Positions 22,585 to 33,691 of a DNA stretch of 64,000 nt are shown one piece after another (within the stretch, counting starts at the first letter, position 1; each line of letters starts with the position of its first letter). Made by a program: the position numbers and the translations under genes. The stretch comes from an uncultured delta proteobacterium (GTDB taxonomy: Bacteria; Myxococcota_A; Polyangia; Polyangiales; JAFGIB01): assembly GCA_963778655.1 (NCBI GenBank), contig CAVZVA010000005.1, positions 416,001-480,000 of the forward strand, read 5' to 3'. Under the pieces are notes generated by a model. It did not search any database. It had not been told where the DNA came from and was given only the letters and a program-made list of their open reading frames with translations.

Positions 22585-24426
22585 ATGGACACACGCGGAA
22601 GACTGACGCTGACGTACGTGGTGCTGGCGGTGCTCGCGCTGCTGGCGGTGCAGTCGCTGCTCAAGACCCACGACGTCACCGAGCTGCCATACAGCCAGTT
22701 TCACGCGCTGCTGCAGCAGAAGAAGCTCAAGGATCTGGTCGTGTTCAACGACGAGATCCGCGGCTCTTTCGTCAAGGCGGAGAAGGGCAAGACGCAGTTC
22801 GTGACGCGAAGGGTCGACCCGGCGCTGGCCAAGGAGCTGGATCAATCCGGGGTCAAGTACAGCCAGGGCCAGCAGAGCGAGGTGTTGCCCGCGATCTTGT
22901 CGTGGGTGCTGCCGATGCTGCTGCTGTTCGGGGTGTGGATGTTCGCCATGCGGCGGATGGCGCAGGCGCCGACCTCGGGGCTGATGACGATCGGCAAGAG
23001 CAAGGCCAAGGTCTACATGGAAAAGGAGACCGGCGTGACCTTCGCGGACGTCGCCGGGGTGGACGAGGCCAAGGCCGAGCTGCAGGAGGTGGTGGCCTTT
23101 CTCAAGGACCCGCAGGGTTACGGCCGGCTGGGCGCGCGCATGCCCAAGGGCGTGCTGCTGGTGGGACCGCCCGGCACCGGGAAGACGCTGCTGGCGCGCG
23201 CAGTCGCCGGCGAGGCCGGGGTGCCGTTCTTCTCGATCAGCGGCTCGGCGTTCGTGGAGCTGTTCGTCGGCGTGGGCGCGGCGCGCGTGCGCGACCTGTT
23301 CGAGCAGGCGAGGCAAAAGGCGCCCTGCATCATCTTCGTCGACGAGCTGGATGCGCTGGGCAGGGCGCGCGGGGCGGCGCAGTCGATGGGCGGCCACGAC
23401 GAAAAGGAGCAGACGCTCAACCAGCTGCTGGTGGAGCTCGACGGCTTCGATTCGACCAGCGGCATCGTGCTGCTCGCGGCCACCAACCGTCCCGAGATCC
23501 TCGACCCGGCGCTGCTGCGCGCCGGGCGCTTCGACCGCCAGGTGCTGGTCGACCGGCCCGACCGCAAGGGCAGGGTCGACATCCTGCGCGTGCACGCCAA
23601 GAAGATCACCCTCGAGGAGGGCCTGGACCTGGAGCAGGTTGCCGCGCTCACGCCCGGCTTCACCGGCGCCGATCTGGCGAACCTGGTCAACGAGGCCGCG
23701 CTGGCCGCCACGCGCCGCAGCGCCCAGGCCGTCAGCCTGGGCGACTTCACGGTGGCGGTCGAGCGCATCGTGGCCGGGCTGGAGAAGCGCAACCGCCTGC
23801 TGAACCCGCTCGAGCGCCGGATCGTGGCGCACCACGAGATGGGCCACGCGCTGGTCGCTGCGGCGATTCCCGGCGTCGACCCGGTGCAGAAGATCTCGAT
23901 CATCCCGCGCGGTATCGGTGCGCTCGGCTACACCATCCAGCGGCCCATCGAGGATCGCTATCTGATGACGCAAGGCGAGCTGGAGAACAAGATGGCGGTG
24001 CTGCTGGGAGGGCGCGCGGCCGAGAGCCTGATGTTCGAGCGCGTCTCGACCGGCGCCACCGACGACCTGGTCAAGGCGACCGACGTGGCGCGCAGCATGG
24101 CCACCCAGTACGGAATGGTGCCGGACCTCGGCCCCGTGAGCTATGAGCAGGGCGACCAGGGCTACCTGATTCCCGGAATGCTGGTGCCGCGGCGCGGCTA
24201 CAGCGAGGCGACTGCGCGCGAGATCGACGCCGCGATCAAGCGCAGCGTCGAGCGCGCGTTCACGCGCGCCAAGGAGATCCTCTCGCGCAACCGCGCGCTG
24301 TTGGAGCGCGGCGCCGCCGAGCTGCTCGAGCACGAGACGCTCGAGGACGGGCAGCTCAAGCAGCTGTTCGACCAGGTGCGGCGCGGCCCGGCCAGCGCCG
24401 CACCGGCCGCGGCCGTGGGGGAGTGA
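22585..24426 (+). CDS. ftsH: ATP-dependent zinc metalloprotease FtsH
   Basis: Two TM segments, [27 protein letters not shown]. Confidence 0.96.
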   Translation: MDTRGRLTLTYVVLAVLALLAVQSLLKTHDVTELPYSQFHALLQQKKLKDLVVFNDEIRGSFVKAEKGKTQFVTRRVDPALAKELDQSGVKYSQGQQSEVLPAILSWVLPMLLLFGVWMFAMRRMAQAPTSGLMTIGKSKAKVYMEKETGVTFADVAGVDEAKAELQEVVAFLKDPQGYGRLGARMPKGVLLVGPPGTGKTLLARAVAGEAGVPFFSISGSAFVELFVGVGAARVRDLFEQARQKAPCIIFVDELDALGRARGAAQSMGGHDEKEQTLNQLLVELDGFDSTSGIVLLAATNRPEILDPALLRAGRFDRQVLVDRPDRKGRVDILRVHAKKITLEEGLDLEQVAALTPGFTGADLANLVNEAALAATRRSAQAVSLGDFTVAVERIVAGLEKRNRLLNPLERRIVAHHEMGHALVAAAIPGVDPVQKISIIPRGIGALGYTIQRPIEDRYLMTQGELENKMAVLLGGRAAESLMFERVSTGATDDLVKATDVARSMATQYGMVPDLGPVSYEQGDQGYLIPGMLVPRRGYSEATAREIDAAIKRSVERAFTRAKEILSRNRALLERGAAELLEHETLEDGQLKQLFDQVRRGPASAAPAAAVGE

Positions 24427-24430
24427 GGCT

Positions 24431-26431
24431 TCAGCCGGCGTCGCGCAGGGGGCGCGCGGCCTCTCCCAGCGCCCACAGCGGGAAGATCTCCAGGTAGTTG
24501 TCGTAGTGGATCGCGCAGGTGCGGTTGAACATCCCGGCGATGTGCTCCTCGGGCCAGCTGCCGTCCGCGCGCTGCCGGCGCAGCAGGAATGCGAGGCCGC
24601 GCTCGACCGCGCTCGACTGGCGCTGTCCGGCGGCCATCAGCGCGAGCAGGGCCCACGCGGTCATCACCGCCTGGCCGCCCTCGGCCTGCACGTAGCGGTG
24701 CTGACGGCAGCTCTCCGCCAGCTCACCCCAGCCGCCGTCCGGCAGCTGCTTGGCGCGCAGTAGCTCGCAGGCGCGCTGCAGCGCAGGGTGCTGCGGCGGC
24801 AGCCCGGCCGCGCGCAGCCCGAGCACGCCGAACCAGGTGCCGTAGGTGAAGCAGATGCCCCACGAGCCCTCCCACGAGCCGTCCGGTCGCTGCGCGCGCA
24901 GCAGGAAGTCCCGCCCGCGCAACAGCGCGCGCCCGATCGCGGCGTCCTTGCGGCCCGGGTAGCGCGCGCGGAACGCGGCCAGCGCCTGCATGCACGCCGA
25001 GCTGCACTCGACGAACGAGTAGTCGATCATGATGTCGCCGAAGCAGTCGGACGGATTGAGTCGCTCGAGCCAGCGCGGGCCGCGCGTGCGCTCGTAGGTC
25101 GCCCAGCCACCGTCGTCGTTCTGCATCCACAGCATCAGCTCGACTGCCTCGAGCAATCGCGGCTCGGACAGAGGCTGCGCGACCAGCGGTGCGAGCAGCA
25201 GGCTGGCCTTGACGCCCTCTGCCGTGCAATCGGTGATCGGCCAGCCGTGCGCCCGGGTGGAGAACGGCCAGCCGCCCTTGGAGGGGTCGCGGTAGCAGCG
25301 CGCGCGCTCTGGCACGTCCTCGCGCACCTGGCTGCGGTCGATGTGGCCGTGCGCGCGCTCCAGCAGCGGGCGCCGCGCCTCGGCATGCCCGCTGTGCACC
25401 ACGGCCTGCACGGCGAACGCCGTGTCCCACAGCTCCGAGGAGTTGTAGCCCTGCATCTTCACGCCGTCGCGCGCGCGGTAGAGGTAGTCGGGCATCCGAT
25501 CGAGGTGTCGCTGCAGCCGCTCGCTCGCGTTGCGCTCGAAGAACCACACCAGCGTGTGCAGCAGCTTGTTGACCGGGCCGATGCAGATGTAGTCGGTGTT
25601 GCGATCCTCGGCGGCGATTTGCTCGAGCACGAATCCGATCGCGCGCTCGCGTAGCGCGCGGCTGGCGCGCTTCTCGTAGGCGAGCAGCACGCGGTTCACC
25701 GTCGAAAACAGCCGCGAGTGCGGCACGTAGGCGTCGCTCTCCGCCACGCGGTCGCGCGCCGCCACCCAGTCGATCTCGTCGTAGGGCTGCGCGTACAGCT
25801 CGGCGCGCAGGGCTGTCCCGAGCGCGCCCAGGTCGGCGCGCGCCCGGCGGCCGTACAGGTACGACATCGGCAAGTAGACCATCCGGCAGTGGCACCACAG
25901 CCGCGACGGGTGCACGGGCAGCGCCTCGGGCAGCAGCCACAGCTCGGGCGGCACCGGGTTGAGCCCATCCCAGGCGTAAAGGCCGAGCAGCGCCAGGAAG
26001 AACTTGCCCCAGGAGGCGGCCGCGAGCGGACCACCCTGACTGCCCAGCCACTGCCGCGCCTGAGGCATGCGCTCGGCGTCGGGCGCCACCTCCAGCAGCC
26101 GCAGCGCGACGTAGCACAGCGAGGTGGTGAACACGTGGCTGTGGCCTTCCACGTGCAGGCCGAAGCCGCCGTCCGCGTTCTGGTGCGCGAGCAGGTAGCG
26201 CGCCATTTCGCGCGCCGTCGCCTGGTCGATGTTCAGGCCGACCACGCGCGCCACGCCGATGTACATCGGCAGCAGGAACAGCGGCCCGCCGTAGTCGCCG
26301 GGCCATGCGCCCTGCTCGTCCTGCTGCGCCTGCATGAAGTCGAGCGCGCTCTCGATCGCGCGCTCCAGCTCGGACAGTCCGGCTGCACCGGCCCGCGCAC
26401 GGCGCGACGCTTCAGAAGCCGCGATTTGCAC
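24431..26431 (-). CDS. osc: Oxidosqualene cyclase (cycloartenol-synthase-type residues)
   Basis: WPGDYGGPLF, MQGYNSSELWD, HGWPITDCTAE (DCTAE rather than SHC DXDD), QW repeats, WGICFTY; AGGAG RBS before GTG. Confidence 0.95.
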   Translation of the reverse strand: MQIAASEASRRARAGAAGLSELERAIESALDFMQAQQDEQGAWPGDYGGPLFLLPMYIGVARVVGLNIDQATAREMARYLLAHQNADGGFGLHVEGHSHVFTTSLCYVALRLLEVAPDAERMPQARQWLGSQGGPLAAASWGKFFLALLGLYAWDGLNPVPPELWLLPEALPVHPSRLWCHCRMVYLPMSYLYGRRARADLGALGTALRAELYAQPYDEIDWVAARDRVAESDAYVPHSRLFSTVNRVLLAYEKRASRALRERAIGFVLEQIAAEDRNTDYICIGPVNKLLHTLVWFFERNASERLQRHLDRMPDYLYRARDGVKMQGYNSSELWDTAFAVQAVVHSGHAEARRPLLERAHGHIDRSQVREDVPERARCYRDPSKGGWPFSTRAHGWPITDCTAEGVKASLLLAPLVAQPLSEPRLLEAVELMLWMQNDDGGWATYERTRGPRWLERLNPSDCFGDIMIDYSFVECSSACMQALAAFRARYPGRKDAAIGRALLRGRDFLLRAQRPDGSWEGSWGICFTYGTWFGVLGLRAAGLPPQHPALQRACELLRAKQLPDGGWGELAESCRQHRYVQAEGGQAVMTAWALLALMAAGQRQSSAVERGLAFLLRRQRADGSWPEEHIAGMFNRTCAIHYDNYLEIFPLWALGEAARPLRDAG

Positions 26432-28985
26432 TTCTCGCTCCTGCTCCGGCCGCCGCGCTGCGCTCCACGCGCACCTCGCGCCCGCTGCCCAGATGCCACA
26501 GCTCCGCGTAGCCGGCACGCAGCTGGTCGTCGCGGTCGCAGTCGCGGGCGCAGCCGGTGATCAGGCGCTCCACCTCGTCGCGGCTGATCTTGACCGGCAT
26601 CCCCGGCGTGAACAGCGCGTCGTTGCCGCGCGCCCACACCCAGGTGCGCGCCGCCATCCACAGCGGAACCAGGCAGAACATGCGGATGCCGGCGTGAGCG
26701 GGTGGGATCGCCAGCGAGTACTCGAGCGCGTGGGCGAGCTGCTGCCGGGCCAGCTCGAACACCGGCGCCACCGCGCGGTGCGCCAGCTCGCGGCGCGCCG
26801 CGTCGGTTAGCTCGCGCGCCTCGATGCCCTGCTCTCCGCACGCGCTCTCGGGGATGAAGCACACACCGCGCTGGTGGTCCTCGGCGATGTCCTTGAGCAC
26901 GTTGACCAGCTGCAGCCCGGCGCCGAAATGCTCGGCGTGCAGGCGCAGCGCGCGCTCCTGCTGCAGCGACAACTCGCGGCCCAGGCGCGCAACGAACAGA
27001 TCGGTCAGCAGGTGGCCGACCGTGCCCGCGACGAAGTAGCAGTAGCGCTCGAGGTCCGCGAGCGTGTGCAGCACCAGCAGCCCGTCACCGTTGCGCGTGC
27101 GATGGGTGTAGAGCTGCATCCCGCGCACCATCTCGGAGATCCAGCGGCGGCACGCCTCCTGCGCCGGCTCGCTCAGCGCGTGGCACACCCGCATCACGCA
27201 CGGCAGGTTGCGCGCCAGCTCCAGCTCGGCGTCGTCTCCTTCGATCGCGCAGAAGTGGCGCGCCAGCTCGCCCGGATCGGCGCCGCGCTCGAGCACGCCC
27301 AGCATGTGAGCGAACAGCGCGTCGCGCGCGTCGGTGCCGAGGTTGGGGTGGTCCTCGATGGTGTCGGCCACCCGGCACAGCAAGTAGCCGCAGGTGACGG
27401 CGCGCTCGAGGTCGTGCGGCAGCATGGAGATCGGCCGCGAGAACGTGCGCGAGACCGCCTGCAGGCTCTTCAGGCAGAAGGCCCAGTCGGCGCCGCCGCG
27501 CGGATCGCCGTCGTCCGCTGCCCGCAGCTGCAGCGGCTCGCTCGGGCCGGACGCGGCCGACTTGCCGTTGCCGCCGCCGTTGGCCGCGGGCGCAGCCGGC
27601 AGTGAGGCGATCTCGGGCGCGCCCGAGCTGGCGGCGCGCCGGCGCATGCGAGCGCCCGGCGGCAGCAGTCCCGAGAGCGGCCACTTGATCCACTCGCCGT
27701 ACGCGCCCAGCGCCGCCGGGATCGCGCGCAGGCCCTGCTCGCGCAGGCCGCTGCCCACGCTGTCGGCGACCGCGCCCAGCGCCATGCGCGTGAAGGTCGA
27801 GGCGAAGCGGTGCGGGGCGACCTCGTCGCCGGTCAGGATCTGCATCGTGCGGTGGCGCTCGGCCGGGCTCTGCCGCCACGCGCGATAGACCGCGCGCCGG
27901 ATCGCGACCGCGCTCGCGTCTTCGCGCGAGAACACCTGGTAGAGCGCGTTGCCGAGCAGCTCCGGGACGTAGCTCTGGGTGTCGCGCTGCTTGCGGTAGG
28001 CGTCCGGCTCGGCGCTCTGCGCCAGGGCCTCGGCGTCGAGGAACCCCTGGGTGAGCCCGGCGGCGGTCAGCGGGTGCAGGTGACCGACCGCGTCGCCTAC
28101 CAGCGCGAGCGCGCCGACGCCGTAGGTCACGCGCGGCTGGAAACGCGTCGCGGCCCAGCTGAGCGGTCCGTCCTGCACCGCGACGCGAAAGCGATCGCGA
28201 ATCGACGCGGGTATGCAGGGCGCGAAGCGCTCCCACAGAAACGCGCGCGTGCGTGCGGCCGGGCCGTGGCGCAGTGGCACGTCCAGACACATGCGCACCC
28301 GGTCTTCGCCGATGCGGTACATCAGCACGGGTCCGGGGCCGCCTAGGATCACGTGGCCGAAACCCTCGTGTGGTAGCGTCACCGCGCTCAGCTCGAGCGA
28401 AGCCATGTGGGAGAGCAGCGCGGAGCGCGGGCCGCCGATGCCTGCGGCGAGCGCCGATTTGCGACCGTCGGCGGCCACGATGCGCGCCGCGCTGAGCTCG
28501 TAGACGTGGCCCGCGCGCCGGTCTTCCACCCATAACCGGTTGGCCTCGACGCGGGTGACGCGCGCGTACGGCCGATACTCGACGCCCTCGCACGCGCGCG
28601 CCTGCTCGCGCAACGCGCGGACGATGCGCTCGTGCTCGCAGGCGAGCGCGGTCTCGCCGTCGGGGTAGGGCAGCAGCACCGGCTCGCCCCCGTCTTCGGG
28701 CAGCACCGCGAAACCGTAGCCGGTGCGCGCGCCCTCGCCGTCCAGGCGTCCCACGCGCAGGCGGTCGAGCACGGCCACCCCGGGCGGGTGGATCCACTCG
28801 CCGGCGAAACGCGCCGCTGCTCGCGGGTTCGCTTCGAGCAGCACCACGCGCGCGCCCCGGCGGGCCCAGGCGATCGCCGCCAGCGCGCCCACCGGGCCGC
28901 CGCCGACCACCGCCACATCGCGGCTGCCGGCCGGCGGGCTCAGCGTGGGTGGCGGTGCCGTTCGGCTCCTGATGAAGCTAACCAT
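26412..28985 (-). CDS. Fused squalene epoxidase (N-terminal) - squalene synthase (C-terminal)
   Basis: SE motifs GGGPVG, GEWIHPPG, AADG, GDAVGHLHPLTAAGLT, NALYQVF; Ala/Gly/Pro linker; SQS motifs VSRTF, RVADTIED, YCYFVAGTVG, GLQLVNVLKDIAED, FCLVP, VKISR. Confidence 0.9.
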   Translation of the reverse strand: MVSFIRSRTAPPPTLSPPAGSRDVAVVGGGPVGALAAIAWARRGARVVLLEANPRAAARFAGEWIHPPGVAVLDRLRVGRLDGEGARTGYGFAVLPEDGGEPVLLPYPDGETALACEHERIVRALREQARACEGVEYRPYARVTRVEANRLWVEDRRAGHVYELSAARIVAADGRKSALAAGIGGPRSALLSHMASLELSAVTLPHEGFGHVILGGPGPVLMYRIGEDRVRMCLDVPLRHGPAARTRAFLWERFAPCIPASIRDRFRVAVQDGPLSWAATRFQPRVTYGVGALALVGDAVGHLHPLTAAGLTQGFLDAEALAQSAEPDAYRKQRDTQSYVPELLGNALYQVFSREDASAVAIRRAVYRAWRQSPAERHRTMQILTGDEVAPHRFASTFTRMALGAVADSVGSGLREQGLRAIPAALGAYGEWIKWPLSGLLPPGARMRRRAASSGAPEIASLPAAPAANGGGNGKSAASGPSEPLQLRAADDGDPRGGADWAFCLKSLQAVSRTFSRPISMLPHDLERAVTCGYLLCRVADTIEDHPNLGTDARDALFAHMLGVLERGADPGELARHFCAIEGDDAELELARNLPCVMRVCHALSEPAQEACRRWISEMVRGMQLYTHRTRNGDGLLVLHTLADLERYCYFVAGTVGHLLTDLFVARLGRELSLQQERALRLHAEHFGAGLQLVNVLKDIAEDHQRGVCFIPESACGEQGIEARELTDAARRELAHRAVAPVFELARQQLAHALEYSLAIPPAHAGIRMFCLVPLWMAARTWVWARGNDALFTPGMPVKISRDEVERLITGCARDCDRDDQLRAGYAELWHLGSGREVRVERSAAAGAGARSANRGF

Positions 28986-29176
28986 AATGAAGTCCCATCC
29001 GTCTGCGTGACCCGCGCTGCGGCTGCCGCGGCCTCGGCGTAGTGCGCCCGCCCGTGTCGAGCTCGCGCTTGCAGCGGCCGAGCGCGTGGGGCAGCGCGCG
29101 CTGCGTGCGCCGGGTCCTTTTCACCGTGTGCTGCAGATCCGCGCTCGGTTCGCACGCCGTCCCCTTCAAGCAGGCA

Positions 29177-29208
29177 ATTCGACTCGAATGTTCGAGAATC
29201 GATTCTCG
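29177..29208. promoter_or_regulatory. Overlapping palindromes upstream of the sterol operon
   Basis: Perfect 16-bp palindrome cgagaatcgattctcg (29193-29208) overlapping attcgactcgaat and ctcgaatgttcgag. Confidence 0.4.
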
Positions 29209-29553
29209 CGCGTGCGGCATCTCGCAGAACCATGCCGCTCCGGCGCAGGAGGATATCCGAGCGTGAACCCGGTTCAACCCCGCCGTTGGGCCGGGCCGGC
29301 GCCTGCGCCAGCGGCCGGTCTCGTGGCCGCGTCCAACGGGGACGCGGTCCGGTGGCGTATGACCAAGATCGGCCTGCTAGCCCATGCAGCATGCGATCGC
29401 ACGGATTTCCCACGATATTCGGGCGTGCACCTGGCCTCGCCCGAGCCGGGCATATGGTTGCGGGGCCATGGCCAGCGCCGCGTCGGGCGCCGCCGCGGGC
29501 CGCAGCCGGGCGTACCCGCACCGGCCTCGAGCTCCCGTGGTAGCGTGCCCGGC

Positions 29554-30258
29554 GTGCGCATTCGGCAGATCGCGCTGGTGGCCCGCGAGCTCGATACGGT
29601 GGTCGCCGAGCTGTGCGACGCGCTCGAGCTGGAGCTCTGTTTTCGCGACCCAGGGGTGGCGCAGTTCGGGCTGCACAACGCGCTGATGGCGATCGGCGAC
29701 ACCTTCCTCGAGGTGGTCTCGCCGCAGCGCTCGGGCACTACCGCCGGGCGCCTGCTCGATCGCCGCGGCGGCGACGGCGGGTACATGGTGCTGTTGCAGA
29801 CCGACGACTTGGCGGCCGACCGCGCGCGCGCGCAAGCGCTCGGCGTGCGCGTTGTGTGGGAGATCGCGCTGCCCGACATCGCCAGCGTGCACCTGCACCC
29901 CAAGGACACCGGCGGCGCGATCGTCTCGCTCGATCAGCCGGTGCCGCCCGCGTCGTGGCGCTGGGGCGGGCCGTCATGGCAGCAGGTCGCGCGCGGCCGC
30001 GACGCGCGCATCGTCGGCGCAGAGCTGCAGGCCGAGCGTCCCGAGGCGATGGCCGCCCGCTGGGCGGCCGTGCTCGGCCTGCGGCACGCGCCGCTCGGCG
30101 AGGGCGCGTTCGGGATCGCCCTGCAGGGCTCAGCGCTGCGCTTCGTGCCGGTGCGCGACGGCCGTGGCGAAGGCTTGTCGGGCTTCGACGTGCAAGGCCC
30201 CGGCACGCCCCGCCCCCGTGAGCTCGCGCTCTGCGGCGTGCGTATACGGGTGGCGTGA
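29554..30258 (+). CDS. VOC/glyoxalase-like family protein
   Basis: RIRQIALV, FGLHNAL..IGDTFLEVVSP, GGDGGYMV, HLHPKD. Confidence 0.85.
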   Translation: MRIRQIALVARELDTVVAELCDALELELCFRDPGVAQFGLHNALMAIGDTFLEVVSPQRSGTTAGRLLDRRGGDGGYMVLLQTDDLAADRARAQALGVRVVWEIALPDIASVHLHPKDTGGAIVSLDQPVPPASWRWGGPSWQQVARGRDARIVGAELQAERPEAMAARWAAVLGLRHAPLGEGAFGIALQGSALRFVPVRDGRGEGLSGFDVQGPGTPRPRELALCGVRIRVA

Positions 30259-30277
30259 CCCGCCACCCGTATACGCA
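30239..30277. terminator. Perfect 17-bp stem hairpin over the VOC gene stop codon
   Basis: tgcgtatacgggtggcg-tgacc-cgccacccgtatacgca; no U-tract. Confidence 0.45.
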
Positions 30278-30282
30278 ACTCC

Positions 30283-30340
30283 CGTGACCGGGAGGGTCAC
30301 GCGACCCTCCCGCGGGGTCGCTTCACTTCGCTTCGCGTTC
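30283..30340 (-). repeat. REP-like family B element (reverse orientation)
   Basis: Reverse complement reads gcgaagcgaagtgaagcgaccccgcgggagggtcgcgtgaccctcccggtcac. Confidence 0.55.
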
Positions 30341-30413
30341 TCGGTTTGTGTTGCGCTGATCGGCGAGCTGCGCGCGCGTGATCTCGGGGCGATTCCGGGC
30401 TACAACGCCCGCC

Positions 30414-31238
30414 ATGACCGACGCCAGAGCGACCCTGATCGAGGCCGCGTTCGCGGACCGCGCGCTGCTCCGCCAGCCCTCCCACCGGGAAGCCGTGCTC
30501 GAGACGATCGAGGATCTCGACAAGGGCAGGCTGCGCGTGGCCTCGCCCCCGGCCGACCCCGCCAAGGAGTGGACCGTCAACCTCTGGGTCAAGCAGGCCG
30601 TGCTGCTCTACTTCGCCGTGCGCGGGATGGAGAAGATGGAAGCGGGCCCGTTCGAGTACTACGACAAGATCCCGCTCAAGCGCGACCTCGACAAGGCCGG
30701 CGTGCGTGTGGTGCCGCCGGGCACCGCGCGCTACGGCTCCTTCCTGGAGGAGGGCAGCATTCTGATGCCGGGCTACGTCAACATCGGCGCGCGCGTCGGC
30801 CGTGGCACGCATGGTCGACACCTGGGCCACCGTGGGCTCGTGCGCGCAGATCGGCCGCGACGTGCATCTGGCCGGCGGCGTCGGCATCGGCGGTGTGCTC
30901 GAGCCGGCCGAGGCGCGACCGGTCGTGATCGAGGACGGCGCGTTCATCGGCTCGCGCTGCGTGGTGGTGGGCGGCGTGCGCGTGCGCCGCGACGCGGTGC
31001 TCGGCGCCAACGTGGTGCTCACGCCGAGCGTGCCGATCATCGACGTCACCGGCCCCGAGCCCAAGGAGCACCGCGGCGAGGTGCCGGAGCGCGCCGTGGT
31101 CATCCCCGGTACGCGCAAGAAGCAGTTCCCGGCCGGCGAGTTCGGCGTGCCCTGCGCGCTGATCATCGGCCAGCGCAGCGCGGGCACCGACCGCAAGGTC
31201 TCGCTCAACCAGGCGCTGCGCGACTTCCAGGTGTCGGT

Positions 31239-31242
<4 letters not shown>
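30414..31242 (+). pseudogene. dapD: Tetrahydrodipicolinate N-succinyltransferase with a +1 frameshift near 30810 (true pseudogene or sequencing error)
   Basis: WVKQAVLLYF, YYDKIP, YVNIGARVGRGT in one frame; MVDTWATVGSCAQIG, GGVLEP in the next; extra C in ggc acg C atg. Confidence 0.85.
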
Positions 31243-32350
<1,108 letters not shown>

Positions 32351-32354
<4 letters not shown>

Positions 32355-32428
32355 ACAGCGAGACCGGAAGGCGGGAAGGAAGGCCGAACATGCGTCTCTA
32401 CGTCCCGTCTTTCCGCCCTCCTTGGAAT
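32351..32428. repeat. REP-like family A palindrome
   Basis: atgaacagcgagaccggaaggcgggaagg ... cgtcccgtctttccgccctcctt; overlaps the dapE stop. Confidence 0.55.
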
Positions 32429-32477
32429 CTCCCGGATCCGCCCCCCGATAGCTTCGTGGCCGGAAGTTAGCGTGGCT

Positions 32478-33608
<1,131 letters not shown>

Positions 33609-33691
33609 CGGGGAGGGCGGCGTAGGGGATCGGGGACGGAGGGCGAAAACGTAGTCGTGGTCGTAGTCGACGCGCTCGCGGGGGCAGGGGC

